Positions 38,238-52,097 of a stretch of DNA of 64,000 bases are shown here, one piece after another. The stretch's first letter is position 1. Each line of letters starts with the position of its first letter. Origin of the DNA: Eledone cirrhosa (lineage: Eukaryota). A program made the translations under genes and the position numbers. The DNA is taken from assembly GCA_964016885.1 (NCBI GenBank), contig OZ024741.1:196354001-196418000 (forward strand), written 5' to 3'. The notes under the pieces are model-generated. The model did no database searches and was not told where the DNA came from. It saw only the letters and a program-made list of their open reading frames with translations.

Positions 38238-38396
38238 TGTAGGAGGTGAATTTTATTGTAGTACAATAAAGCAATGCAGATATCGGATAAGAAGCACTCT
38301 ACAGTTTGTAGGACTGGAGTATACATAATATATAAGAACAAAAGATGGTTAAAATACATGGAACTCTTTTAACCATCTTTTGTTCTTATATATTAT
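38238..38396 (-). repeat. Small fold-back insertion in (TA)n
   Basis: 30-bp arms 38325-38354 and 38367-38396, 12-nt spacer, unique extension 38238-38324. Confidence 0.7.
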
Positions 38397-38405
38397 ATAT
38401 ATATA

Positions 38406-38674
38406 CGAAACAAATGAGATCGTGTAGGTGTCACGACAAAAAAACACACAGTCCACGCTGTAATGTGGCCGTGTAGGCAACACGGTAAAAACCTCCCAGA
38501 CCCACACTGTAAATGTGGTTGGTGTTAGGAAGGGCATCCAACTGTAGAAGTCTGCCAGACAGTCCTATGCGAGCAAGACAATCACTCTTGCCTCAAGTGG
38601 GAAAACCCCCGTCCAAACCCATACAAGCGTGGAACACGGACGTTAAACGATGATGATGATGATGATGATGATGA
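38406..38674 (+). mobile_element. Short 3' fragment of young RTE LINE
   Basis: Near-identical to 71-338; (gat)n tail. Confidence 0.85.
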
Positions 38675-38685
38675 TATATACATGT

Positions 38686-38864
38686 ATAGGAACCAATAAG
38701 ACCCCGACGGCTGAGCTCAAGCCGTTTCGACAGAATTAGCCGTCGAAACAGCTTGAGCTCAGCCGTCGGGGTCTTATTGGTTCCTATTACCCACTCTACT
38801 ACCCTAAGTATTGAGTACTTTGGTGTGTTACGGTCCACCTCGTTCCTTACCACATTTCCTTCGT
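38686..38864 (+). mobile_element. Fold-back insertion with hammerhead 3' half
   Basis: 46-bp arms 38686-38731 and 38742-38787; TSD tatatacatgtata at 38675-38688 and 38865-38878; GAAAC..palindrome..GTC. Confidence 0.7.
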
Positions 38865-38998
38865 TATATACATGTATATATATATAAACAAAGAAAGAGA
38901 TTGAATCAAATTCTAAACTAGTTTAATGCTTTACAATATATATATACACACACATACACACATACATATATACATATATACCTATAAGTGTGTGTGTG

Positions 38999-39033
<35 letters not shown>

Positions 39034-39369
39034 TGGCTGGAATTATAGGAAGGTAGTCACCAATTAGAGTTTGTCTTAGTACCTATTATAGCGAGTCTGG
39101 TACTAGGATGGATGGTGGCGTTGTGATGTTGATTTGCTTAGTCACTGTTGTTACACCAGAGATTGTGGGTGCGCAAGTAAGTGAGTAACAGTTTCAGTAT
39201 GATGATGATGATGTGAACATTCCTAGGAAATGAAATATATAAACAACAATAACACAAAGCCTCTATGTTACAAATTTATCAAATATAACTTTCGCCAAAG
39301 TTATACAACAATACATGAAGAACAAATAACCACAGTTGAATTGTGTCATGTTTTGTGTCTGGTTGATGT

Positions 39370-41530
39370 GTATGCATGTTTGCTTGCAATGGTATTATTA
39401 AAAATGTATTTACTAAACTTCTGTGATGTTGTTGGGGTAAGTGTATCCGTGATGATGATGGTGTACTTTCCCTCGCTGATGCTGAAAAGAAGGTAGCATG
39501 GAAGTGCCACTATGAAAGACTATTAAATGAAGAGAATGAATGGGATGAAGATAGTTTGCCCCAAGTTGACCCAACAGAGGGCTGGCTGTACAAGTTAGTA
39601 GTAGTATAGTAAGCAAGGCAATCAAGGATATGAAGACAGGCAAGGCAGCTGGACCTTTGGGGATAGTTGGTGAGATGCTGAAAGCATCTTGGATAGTGGG
39701 ACTCACCATAGTCACCCATATAGTAAACCAAGTAATACAAAATGGGGTCATACCCAATAACTGGCGTAGCAGCACCACCGTCAACTGCTACAAGGGCAAA
39801 GTACATGCTCTAGACAGAGAAAACTATAGAGGCACTAAGTTGGTTGACCAGATCATGAAGGTCACTGAATAAGTTATCGCACAGCTGATTAGTGACCGAA
39901 TTAACCTTGATGAAATGCAGTTTGGATTTGTGCCAGGTAAAAGTACCACAGATGCTCTCTTTCTCATGAAGCAACTGCAGAAGTACCTTGCTAAAAGTAA
40001 AACCCTCTACTTAGCTTTGGTTGACTTGGACAAAGCCTTTGACAGAGACCCCTGTTCCATTATCTGGAGGGCCCTTAGAAAACTAGGAGTAGATGAGTGG
40101 CTCATGAAAGTTATACACACCATGTATAGAGGAACAGTCAGCAATGTTAGAATTAACAATGACTATAGTGAAGAATTTAGTGTTCAGGTAGGTGTTCATT
40201 AGGGCTCCACGATTAGCCCTCTCCTGTTTTTTATTGCCTGTTATAACAGAGGAGTTTAAGACTGGCTGCCCATGGGAACTTCTATGTTCAGATAATCTAA
40301 CCCTCATAGCAGAACCTATGGCAGAACTAGAGAAGAAATTTCAAACCTGGATGTATGACCTAGAATCAATAGGTTTTAAAGTTAACTTGTTAAAGATTAA
40401 TGTTCTAGTATGTAGAAAGGAAAACAGGGCCTATATTCCCTTTGGGAAATGGCCTTGCTCAGTGTGCAGGAAAGCAAATGCAAGCTATGGGTACTTAAAA
40501 GATGTAGTGGTATCACAGGCAGGCTATCAAAGAATGCAGGGTTTATATGCAGCCAATGCTCAAGTGCAGTAAGTAGCAAGTGCCCACAGGATACTAGCTC
40601 TTTCAAATGCCCAGATGGTTCTATAGAAATAGTCGATACTTCCCAATACCTGGGTGATGAAATCAGCAGTGGAGTACAGTGGCTAGAGTAAGAACAGGAT
40701 GGAGACAGTTCAGAGAGTTACTACTGCTACTAGCTACAAAAGATTTTTCCTTCAAAATGAAGAGCAGATTGTATGATGCAGGTATACAGACAACGATGTT
40801 ACATGGTAGTGGGACCTTTGTCTGTGTGCAGAGGACCTGTGAAGACTGGAAACAAATGAAGCATGCACGCTCTATTGGATGTGTAATAGTAATATATATG
40901 AACAGCAAAGTGTAAATGAACTGAGAGAGAAATTAGGAATAAGAGGGATTAGATGCAGTATGCTAAAGAAGAGATTGCAATGGTGTGGTTATGTGATGTA
41001 TGATATATGAGGGACGACAGCTGGATAAAAAGGTGCAGGACATCAAAATTGATGGAAGCTATGGAGTAGGAAGACCCAGGAAGACGTGAGACAAGGTGAT
41101 AAAAGCTTACCTTGTGCAATTGCACCTCTCAAAGACAATGATACAGGACCAAGATCTTTGGCATTATGCAGTAATACAGAAGACACACCTTCCTATGTGC
41201 AGACTCAACATACATCTAGTAGGCACCTCTTAACCACTACAACCCCACCCTTCCAATTTTGTCCACACCACCTTCACACTGTAAACAAAATGTATCCAGC
41301 CTACACTGTAAAGTGGTTGTATAGGTGTCATCACAAAAAGCACCTAGCCCACACTGTAAATGTGGTTGATGTTAGGAAGGGCATCCAGCTGTAGAAACTT
41401 AACCAGAAACAGTTCTAAATGAGCAAGAGACAGTCACTTGACCCGACTTGCCTCTAATGGGACAACCTGTCTAACTCATGCTAGCATGGAAAATGGATGT
41501 TAAACAATGATGATAATGATGACAATGATA
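39370..41530 (+). mobile_element. Degenerate 5'-truncated RTE LINE
   Basis: MKTGKAAGP, MQFGFVPGKSTTDA, KTGCPWELL fragments; 3' UTR and (gat)n-like tail at 41508-41529. Confidence 0.9.
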
Positions 41531-41822
41531 TATATATGTAATCATCATCATTCAATGCCAGTTTTCCTTGCTCACAAAGGTTGGAGGGGTTCTTACAGAC
41601 CAAGTCAGTACTTAATCAGAGCTAATGACCTCTCAAACGGGCTGGAGGCAACATCTCACTTATATATATTCCTGCACTTTACAAAGTATACTGGATGCAT
41701 TTTATCATGGCACCAGCACTAGGGAGGTTGTCATTATTTTTATCATAACTGACGAGTCTCCTTGTTCCTTTGCTTGGCAAGTTTTCAACAGCTGGATGCC
41801 TTTCCTATCAGCAACCACAGTG

Positions 41823-43530
41823 TCATCATCATCATCACCGTTTTACATCCGTTCTCCATGCTAGCATTGGTGAGACGGGTTATCCTGTTGTGGGCAGTGT
41901 CTGGTTGGCTGACCATGCCTTGCTCATACAGGAACTGATTTTGGCTTGATTTCTACAGCTGGATGCCCTTCCTAACACCAGCCTCATTTACAGTGAGTGG
42001 TGGGTGCTTTTTTCCGTGGCGCCTACACATCCACTTTACAGTGTGGGCTGAGTGCTTTTTTGCCGTGGCACCTCCACGACCACTTTGCAGTGGAAGGGTG
42101 TGGGGGCATATTGTCTATATGCTTCATGGGAGGTCGGGTACTCTGTATTACTGCGTGATGCCAGAGGTCACGGTCGTGTGTCATCACCTTTGAGAGGTGT
42201 AATTGGGTAAGGTCGGCTTTTATCACCTCATTCCAGGTCTTCTTGGCTCTCCCCACTCCGCGGTTTCCATTGACTTCTAGTGCTCTGCACCTTTTTATGC
42301 AGCTGTCATCCTTCATACGCATCACATGTCCATACCAACGCAACCGCCTCTCCTGCACACAGCATTTGATTCCTCTTATGCTCAGTCTCTCTCTCAATTC
42401 ATTTATGCTTTGCTGTTCGCGTATATTACTATTACACATCCATCGGAGCATGCAGGCTTCGTTTCTTTCTAATCTACATAAGTCTTCCACTTTCAGCACC
42501 CAGGTCTCACTACCATGTAACATTGCTGTTCGGATACACGCATCATACAGTCTGCCTTTCATTTTGAGGGAGAAGCCTTTTTCAGCTAGCTGAACTTCTT
42601 CCATCCCGTTCTTACCCTAGTTATTGTACTTTCTGAACACCCACCTCCACTGCTAATTCAGTCACCTAGGTAGCAGAAGCTGTCTACTGTTTCTACAGAG
42701 CCCTCCCAGAGATTGGTGGTACTTGTTTCCTGTGGCTGTTTGTTGCTTGCTGTCCCAGCACAGCTGCTACATATTAAGCCTACATTCTTAATTAAGCTTC
42801 CTGAGATCCCGTTACATCTCTTGTGTACCCCATTGTTTGCATTTGGGGCAGAGAATGGAGTTCCTACCTACACCTTTCCTACATACTGAGCAAGGCCATT
42901 TCCCTGAGGGGATCTGTGTTCTGTTTTCTCGTCTACTTACAAGGACCTTAGTCTTTGTCAGGTTGACTTTGAGACCCTTTCTTTCTAGTCCCTGCTTCCA
43001 AGTTTGGAATTTCTTCTCTAGTTCTACCATAGATTCAGCTATACGTGCGAGGTCATCTGCATACAGGAGTTCCCCTGGGCATCCAGTCTTAAACTCCTCC
43101 GTTATTGCCTGCAGGACTATGATGAACAGGAGAGGGCTAAGAACAGAGTCCTGGTGGACACCAACCTGTACACTAAATTCCTTGCTATACTCATTGCTAA
43201 TCCTAACTTTGCTGACTGCTCCCCTATACATGACTTGTACAGCTTTCACAAGCCATTCATCTACTCCTAGTTTTCTAAGAGCCCACCAGATTATAGCACG
43301 TGGAACTCTGTCAAAGGCTTTCTTGAGATCGACGAATGCCAGGTAGAGTGGCTTACTTTTAGCTAGGTACTTTTCCTGTAACTGCCTCACAAGGAAGAAG
43401 GCATCAGTGGTGCCTCTTCCTGGTACAAACCCAAATTGCATCTCATCTAGTTTCACCTGGTCCCTAATCAACTGTGCTATAACTCTTTCTGTTACTTTCA
43501 TGACCTGGTCCATCAGCTTTATACCTCTGT
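41823..43530 (-). mobile_element. 5'-truncated RTE LINE (RT + C-terminus)
   Basis: ORFs 42812-43513 (FVDLKKAFDRV, LLYADDL) and 42023-42604; (CAT)n tail. Confidence 0.92.
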
Positions 43531-44029
43531 GTATAGTGGCTATATTTTATTGTAGCACTGAAACAGGGAAGGGTGTTGTACACTTGACACAACTGAAGGG
43601 TCCTTTCAACCTTTTGTTTGATAAGTTTTCAATGACTTGATGCCCTAAATGTCAATTACTCAACAAAATATAAAGGGTGCATTTTTGGTGGTACCAACAC
43701 TAGAGATGTTGTCATGTCCATGATTTGACTGAAAACTCCTCTCAACAATGAGTCATGTCAAATTCTTTCAGCACTAAAACAACACAGGCACTACTCATAT
43801 CCAAAATCATCATTGCATCTTACCCTCCTTAAGCATGAGCAACATATATCTATCCCTTGTGATCACTTTATTCAAAGGAAACATTGTTGCTCCTCACTCC
43901 CTTTAAGAATGAGTACACAACTAGAACCCTAATGATCATTCCAAATACTAGACCTCACAATCACCAAGCATCTCTCATGGAAAACACATGTTCCCAGTAT
44001 AGCTAGGGGTGCATTCCAATGGAAAGCCC

Positions 44030-45338
44030 TTTTTTTCAAGGTTAGAAAATACTACAGCACCTAACAACTAATGATACCCTTCAAGGCTCAGGTGAAACCT
44101 ACAATAGAATATTACTCTCACATCTGGTGCTATTGTTATTTACACTGGCACCCCTGACTCCATTCAAAGAGGTGCTGTTGTTATTTACACAGGGGTTCCA
44201 TTATTGATTTTTATTAAAATCCAATTAGCCAGTCCTGTTTCTAAATGTGTGTAAAGTTTCATCAGGATCGGATCACTGGTGTAAGCACCAACTGGTTATA
44301 CACAGATACACAGACAGACAGAAATTGCCATTTATATAGTAGACTAGCAGAAAACCACCCGGTAGGCGGTTTTCTGCTAGCAAATCTAGTGTATATACTG
44401 ATATTGTTGAGATTTGGATGAGAAATGTTTTCGGCACCACATGTTCACCGTCTCTCGGTGTGTCTTTTATGCATGTATAAATATATATGTTATCTATACG
44501 GTGAAATCTTTGAAATAAATATATGTTAAAACGAAAAAGGAGAAAATAAATAACTGGCGGTTAGAAAAAAATATTCCTATGAAATTTTAATCATACCATT
44601 AGGTGTGAATAAGGAAATATTTTTTATTGTCAAAACAAATGTTCAAAAGTTAAACTTCAATTTTTTGAATTATTTCCAATTTTTTCATGAAATTGAACAC
44701 TGGACATTGGCTGCTGGAAATGGAAATTAAATCGTATTTAATTGTATTTAAATTTCTAACCTTATTTTATTATTTATAATTTTTCAATAAGAAATAAAAA
44801 AAAACAACAAAAAAACTTGAAGAAAAAAATTGAACAAATCAAACGTAGGTTATGGAACTACGCAATCTGATTAATAAATTACCTCATCAGCAGCAACCTT
44901 CTTCAAATGGTCCTTATTATCAGCAGCAACAACCATAAATTCAATGGCAACCTTCTTCAAACCACAAATTCAATGGCAACCTTCTTCGCATGGTGTCAAG
45001 TCAGAACCGCCTCGAACTGGTTACTTCTGGCTTGTGCAAGGTGTCTCTATAGCAACCAGCGATTCCCTCGGCCTCAGTGACCAAAGTCAGTGGAGAGGGG
45101 AAGGTAATGTTTCTATAGCGACAGTGTTTCTCTTGGAGAAAGGAAGGGGAAGGTAATATTTCTGTAGCACGTGTTTTAGCGTCTATTCACTCTCTCTCTC
45201 TCCCTCTCTCCCTCCCGCTATCCCCCTCTCGTAGTTTGTCTCTTTCTTTCACTCTCACTCTCTCTCTACGCATGTGTTTCCACTGTCGGACAGACAGACA
45301 GACAGAGAAATTGCTGGTTATATATATATAAGTAGATG
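44030..45338 (+). mobile_element. Two tandem non-autonomous Helentron/HINE-like elements (junction ~44342)
   Basis: 3' ends aagtttcatcaggatcgg...acagacagacagaaattg..tatatagtaga at ~44342 and ~45338; 5' end actagcagaaaacc..ggttttctgctag hairpin at 44343-44380. Confidence 0.6.
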
Positions 45339-48300
45339 AGGTGATGAACAAAATAAAGTAATAATTACAGTTATAGAAATTGGAGTCTAGGGCATCTGAT
45401 TAAATGTCTTGGTGTCTGTTTCAGCACACCATGCTCTCAGTTTAAATCTCACTGAGTTCTACTTTGTTTTGCCTCTATTTGAAGCCAATAAATAAGGTAT
45501 CAGTCTAGGGACAGTGGATTGGCAGGACTGTTAAAGAATTAAGCAGGATTATTTGCATTATCTGATCTGGTTCTGTGTATTCTGAGTTCAAACCTCATCT
45601 CTTTCTATCAAGAGTTGTGATTGACAGATAGTATCAGCTAGCTATAGAAGTAAAGCAGCCATTAGAAAAAAAGCTATGATGAGGTCAAAGCTTCATCTTC
45701 CCAAGTGAAAGAGGAAATATGACTATGATAGCATCTAAACATCAACAAAATCACATTGATTTGGATCTTTCATATAAGCATTTTATAGTTGAAAGTTTCA
45801 TTTTGTTGGAATGTAAATATGTTAAACTTTCTATTTTTTCCATGTAGTTGGGTGTTTGATTAAAGAAGATTTGTAAATATTAGCTGTTGATGGTTACTCT
45901 TGATAAACCATAATTTAAAATAGTTGCAGTGGAATTGTGTCAATGATAAGATCATAGATGAACGGTGGAATTTTTACACTTTCATCATCACCATCATCAC
46001 CATCATCATCATTTAAAGTCTGTTTTTGATGAGGATGATGATAATGATAGAATATAATTTTAGTATATTACACTATTAGTACATAGTATATAACACTATC
46101 TTACTAATATTTGACATTTTGTCTTCATCCATCAGTCCACTTCCACTTCAAAGTAGTTAGCACAGGTATAGAGAATTCGTGTTCAACAAGTTCAATTTTA
46201 AAATGTTTCAGTGCAAATTTTTACTCAAATGTAAATAATAAATATAATAATAATGACATTAATTCAATTGTAAATAAAGGGGTATATAACGATTCGAATG
46301 TAGCAAAGTCTCTGGAGTTTGTTTATGTATTGTGACACTGACGTGAACACACGCATACACACACACTCAGAGAAACCTATATATACAGACACAAGTAATT
46401 GTCATCTGCTGTGATTTACTTAACAATACCATGTTTGTTTTGCAGGAATTTTTTATTTTTAAATTATATATTGCCAACCTCATCCTTATAAGACTTTGTA
46501 TTTTTGCATCCCTGTGTTTGTTTTTTGTTCCTATATATCATCATCATCATTTTACGTCCGCTTTTCCCTGCTTGCTTATATATTAGGTCGTGAGTTCAAT
46601 TCCCAGCGAACGTTTGCTAAGAGTGAACATATCTGTGGAAAATTTAGTCATTTGCACTTTAATTTCATGATCAGAGTATTCCGTTGTTTGAACAATTGGA
46701 CCACTCTATTCTGTCTCCTCCACAACTTTCTTATTTCACCTTACTCTTCTTCATCTTCTATACTTTTACTCAATGGAAGCAAACAACACAAATTAATTTA
46801 ACAATAGTGTCCCTTCAGAAAATTACGTTATCAATATTAATACAGCTCATAATAATAATAACCCTTTCATCATTAGTGACCAGAACTTAAATAATACAAC
46901 TAATAACTTAAACAACAATAATATTAATGTAATAAATAACGATATAAGAAAAATTTTAAATGCCTCAGCAAGAAAACGTCAAAAAAGAACTGAAATGAGC
47001 GAAGGAGAAAGAAAAATTGAGAGCAAGAAATCAAGAGTATCAAAGACAAAGATAGGAAAGACTCTCAATTAAAGAAGAAATGAAATAAGAGAGGAAAATA
47101 GATTGACACATCAACTCGGGATTCCAAAAACTTCTTAAAGAATATGAAAAAATATAACGAATTGTTTTCAATGACATCCTTTGGAGTCGGTGAGTCAATA
47201 TCTCTGCTAGTTTTCAAAATACAAGGTCAAATTTATCACAGAATATGTTTATTGTCTAATGAAGTTGATAATATTCCTAAATATGCTCAAATATACTTTA
47301 TTGATGATTTAAAGGATCAACTTAATATCAGAAATGGTAGATTTAATTGGCTTTTCATTGGATTTACCTTTGTACAACCCAAATACTAATCAAACAATCC
47401 CAAATAAGAAAGTCACATGTAGGCAGTATTTTGCATATCATTTACAACTAAGAAACACTTGGAATCAAATTCTAAGATGTAAACGATTGTTCCAAATGTA
47501 TTTAGTTGATATGAATGCCAAAATTGAATTTGAATGCCTATTGTATATTAAAAAACACCAAACCAAGCTCAGGGTCGAAGAATATTCACTTTTAAAAGAT
47601 GCTTTAAACAATGAAGGCTTACTCAATGCACAAGAATTAGGTTAGGCTATAATTTTACCTTCTACTTTTGTAGTTCAAGATATTGGAAGGAATGAACTCA
47701 AGATGCAATGTGTTATGTGAGAGAATATGGTAGGTCTGATTTATTCAAAACATTCACTTGCAGTCCTGAATGAGACAAAATCAAAGATAACATATACAAA
47801 AGTCAAAAACCCGAAGATAGGCATGATATAATTGCCAGAGTTTTCAAAGAAAAGTTGAATAAAATAATTAAAATATTGGTTGATAAGGGAGGTGGAATAT
47901 TTGGCAAAACAAAGGCCTACATAAATACAGTAGAATGTCAGAGGTTTACCACATGCTCATATATTACTTTGGTTAGAGCAAACAATTTATCCAAATCAGA
48001 TTCAGTAGTCACTGCAGGAATTCCCAATCCAATTAATGATGCTAATCTTTATGATATTGTCACTACACAAAAGGTACACGGTCCATGTGGTTTATTAAAT
48101 CCACAATGTCCATGTATAGATAATGGAAAATGTGGGAAGAATTACCTAAAATATTTAATTAATGAAACCAGGACAGATGTGAAAGGATATCCCTTATATA
48201 GACGGGGGAAAACAGAAGATGGAGGAAGAACAGCAACAATAACAAGAAACTCAAAAACATAATTGACAATACCTTACAATCCATTACTTTTGAAATTATT

Positions 48301-49480
48301 TAAAAGTCACGTCAATGTAGAACTTTGCTCCTCTGTTCAAGCTATAGTATATATAATTAAGTACTTTAATAAAGGTACCGATGCTGATGTTCAATATAAT
48401 GAAGTTAATAACTTTGTAACAGGATGTTATCTCAATAGTAATGAGGCTGCATGGAAAAATCTTTGAATTTCTGCGATACCCAGCTGTTCAGCAATCGGAT
48501 ACACATTTAGAAAATGGCCAAAGAATATACTTTACCAGTAATAATATTGAACAAAGAATTAGAAATCCCCAAAATACTATTTTAATTTCAATCTTCAAAT
48601 TGAACGAAAATGATGAACATGCAAGAAGTTTCTTATATAAGGAAATTCCATCTCATTATACCCTTACTTCCAATAAAACATGGAAAAGAAGACTGAATGG
48701 TAGATTTGTGCAAACATGTTCTAGAATTTACACTGTACCACCTAATCAAATAGAATGTTGTTGTCTCAGATTATTGCTGAACGTAGTTAGAGGTCCAAAA
48801 CCTTTCAGAGACGTAAAAACACATATAATACATTTAGAGAAGCATGTTTGGCAAAGGGATTATTAGAAGATGACAATAATCTAAAACTAGCATTTAGAGA
48901 AACTGTTTCTACCAAACTGCCATGTCAGATGAGATACTTATTTGCAATAATTCTAATTCATTGCAATCCTTCTAATGAAGAATTTAAACAACCAATGTCA
49001 GTTGATAATTAAATCGATTGACAAACAATCAACAAGAAAAAGTAAATGAAGAAATATTATACAGTGAACTTTTACACAAACTTAAAACTATTTTTTATGA
49101 AATATTTATGAAGAACTAGAAGTAAACAATATTGAAACAGTAAATGAACAATTAGAATGACCCAGGTGGAACTGGAAAAACATTTTGTATCAATCTTTTA
49201 CTGGGAAACAATAAAATGAATAGTTATATTAATATAGCTGTTGCTTCTTCAGGAATAACAGCAACTTTAATAGATAATGAAAAAACAGTACATTCAATGT
49301 TTAAATTAACATTTTCATCATCAATACTTGATGAATTCACAACATCAGTTAGAAAAAATAGTCGAATAATCATAGAAAATTGTAATTTATTAGTATGGGA
49401 TAAGGTTACAATGTTAGATGAAAAGATTTTAGAGGCTGTTGATAAAGCATTGTAAGGGATTAAAAAGAATAATTTACCCT

Positions 49481-50922
49481 GAGGAAAAGAATATGGAAGT
49501 TAAAGGACCCCACAGCCAGTAACAAAAATGAACAGCATATTACTTGATGCTTTTGACAGTAAGGAAGAGCAATTAGAGATGTACAATATAGAGAAACAGT
49601 GGGGATTCCTGAAAGTTAACCTGCTGAAGGCGTCAGATGAAATCTGTGGCTGGAGCAAACCTATAGACAGGAGGAGAGTAACTTGGTGGTGGAACAGTAA
49701 GGTGGAAGAGTCAATCAAAGCCAAAAAGCAGGCTTGGAAAGCATGGCGGGATGGGGGAAGTAGAGAACACTATCAAGTGGCCAGGAGAGAAGCTAGGAGA
49801 CAAGTGTACTTTGCAAGAAGGGAAGCAGAGGAAAGAAAGTTCAAGCATGTTCTACAACGCGAGGACCAAAAACGTGAGGTGTTCAGGATTGCAAGACAAT
49901 GTGTCAAGGAAAACAGTGATATTATCAGGGAGAAGTGTGTCCGTAATGATGATGGTGTACTTGCCATCACTGATACTGATAAGAAGGTAGCTTGGAAGTG
50001 TCACTACGAGTGACTACTAAATGAGAATAAATGGGAAAAAGATAGTCTGCTCCAAATCGATCCAATAGAAGGACCAGCGGTGCAAGTTAAAGGTAAGGCA
50101 ATCAAAGATATGAAGACAGGCAAGGCGGCTGGGCCTTCGGAGATAGTTGCTGAGATATTGAAAGCATCTGGAATGGTGGGACACACTATGGTCACCCGGA
50201 TAGTAAACTAAGTAATACAGAATGGGATCATACCAATGACTGGCGTAGCAGCATCATCATTAATTACTACAAGAGTAAAGGAGATGCTCTAGATAGGGGA
50301 AAGTACAGAGGCATTAAATTAGTTGACCAGGTCATGAAGGTCACAGAAAGAGTTATAGCGCAACTAATCAGAGAGCGTATTGATCTAGATGAAATGCAGT
50401 TTGGGTTTGTGTCAGGAAAAAGTACCACAGATGCTCTTTTCCTTGTACGACAACTACAGGAGAAGTACCTAACTAAAAGCAAACCCCTCTACTTAGCTTT
50501 TGTTGACTTGGAGAAAGCCTTTGACAGAGTCCCCCACTCCATTATTTGGTGGGCTCTTAGAAAACTAAGTGTTTATGAATGGCTTGTGAGAGCTATACAA
50601 GCCATGTATAAAGAAACAGTCAGCAAAGTTAGAATTAACAACGAATATAGTGAAGAATTTAGCGTAAAAGTTGGTGTTCATCAAGGCTCTGTCCTTAGCC
50701 CCCTCCTATTTATTATTGCCCTTCAGGCTATAACAGAGGAGTTCAAAACCGGCTGCCCATGGGAACTTCTATGCGCTGATGATCTAACTCTCATAGCTTA
50801 ATCGATGGCTGAACTAGAGAAGCATGGCCTAGAATCAAAAGGCCTTAAAGTTAACTTGTCTAAGACTAAAGTTCTAGTATGTAGAAAGGAAAATAGGGCA
50901 CAGATCCCCTCTGGGAAATGGT
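49481..50922 (+). mobile_element. Internal RTE LINE fragment inside the Helitron
   Basis: VTWWWNSKVEESIK and RT FVDLEKAFDRV...ELLCADDL. Confidence 0.9.
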
Positions 50923-50924
50923 GA

Positions 50925-51100
50925 TGACAATCACTAGAGGATTGGATGTCATTCTTTGCAGTATAGAGTCACGGCCCTTTGCAGTCTGAGTTCAAATCTT
51001 GCCAAGGTTAACTTTACCATTCAGCCTTATGAGATCGATAAAATAAAGCACCAGTAATGCACTGGTATAATTGCTGGCCTTGTGCCAAAAGTAGAAACAA
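50925..51100 (+). mobile_element. Meta-domain SINE (degenerate head)
   Basis: gagttcaaatc, gtcgataaaataa-like core, ggccttgtgccaaaagtagaaacaa end. Confidence 0.7.
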
Positions 51101-51729
51101 GTTTACCAGTGGGAAATAGAGCTGAGAATGAAATTGATTGAGAAACATTTATTTTTTAGGAGATTACAATTAATTACACTAATACAGAATGGATGTCAGG
51201 CAGAATAATTTCAGCTGCTAAAAATGAAAATGTTGATGCTATTAATATGTGGTTACTTAACAAAATAGAAGAAGATAGATTAAGAACCTACAATTCTATA
51301 GATCAAGTAGTGGATACAAATGAAGCAATAGATTTTCTGGTTGAATTCTTAAATTTATTAGAATTATCGGGATTTCCACCATATGAATTGAATTTGAAGA
51401 AAGGAGCTCCAATACTTTAGCTTCTACAACACACACACAGATTGAGTTGTATCTATTTATGTATCACTCTTTTTGTCTCTATGTATTCCTATCTATCTAT
51501 CGCCAAGTACAGAAAGTATTCTCCCAAGGAGAATCAATTGGATTTGTCTAGTTACAAAATAAAATTAATGTGAATATATTCATATAAGTGTATTAAATGG
51601 TTATAATGACTAACTCAAGTGTTGTATGGAATATAATTTTAAAATATATAAGAAACGCCCAAGATATTCTCACTAGATTAAATAACAAACTAATATATAT
51701 ATGTATATATATATATATATGTATATATA

Positions 51730-52062
51730 CATGGCTTAGTGGTTAGAGCATTGGCCTTGCAATCAAAAGGTTGTGAGTTCAATTCTCAGACCGGGTGATG
51801 TGTTGTTTCCTTGAGCAAGACACTTTATTTCACATTGCTCCAGTTTACTCAGCTGTAGAAATGAGATGATAGGGACTGGGGTCCATATCATTCCACTGCA
51901 AAAGTGGTCGTGGAGGTGCCACGGCAAAAAAGCACCCAGCACTCACTGTAAATGAGTTGGTGTTAGGAAGGGCATCCAGCTGTAGAAATCAAGCCAGAAT
52001 CAGTTCCCGTCCCACCCTTGCAAGCAGGGAAAAGTGGACGTAAAATGAAATGATGAAATGAT
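51730..52062 (+). mobile_element. tRNA-derived SINE with RTE-type tail
   Basis: Same family as 3376-3765; sits in (TA)n. Confidence 0.8.
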
Positions 52063-52063
52063 A

Positions 52064-52097
<34 letters not shown>

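Larger units (their letters stand above)
46900..51680 (+). mobile_element. Decayed Helitron Rep/helicase, interrupted by RTE and SINE
   Basis: FSMTSFG, FKIQGQIYH, LFQMYLVD, QDAM..V..YG, LPHAHILL (HUH motif), VHGPCG; PIF1 helicase GGTGKTF, AVASSGITATL, VEFLN.L..SGFPPYELNLKKGAPI; possible CTAG end at 51673-51676. Confidence 0.88.

Noticed and set aside
49473-51107. tttacc on both sides of the RTE+SINE block in the Helitron as a possible TSD of a chimeric insertion
   Set aside because: Helicase sequence between the two sites is missing, so they are not one duplicated site; a 6-bp match may be chance
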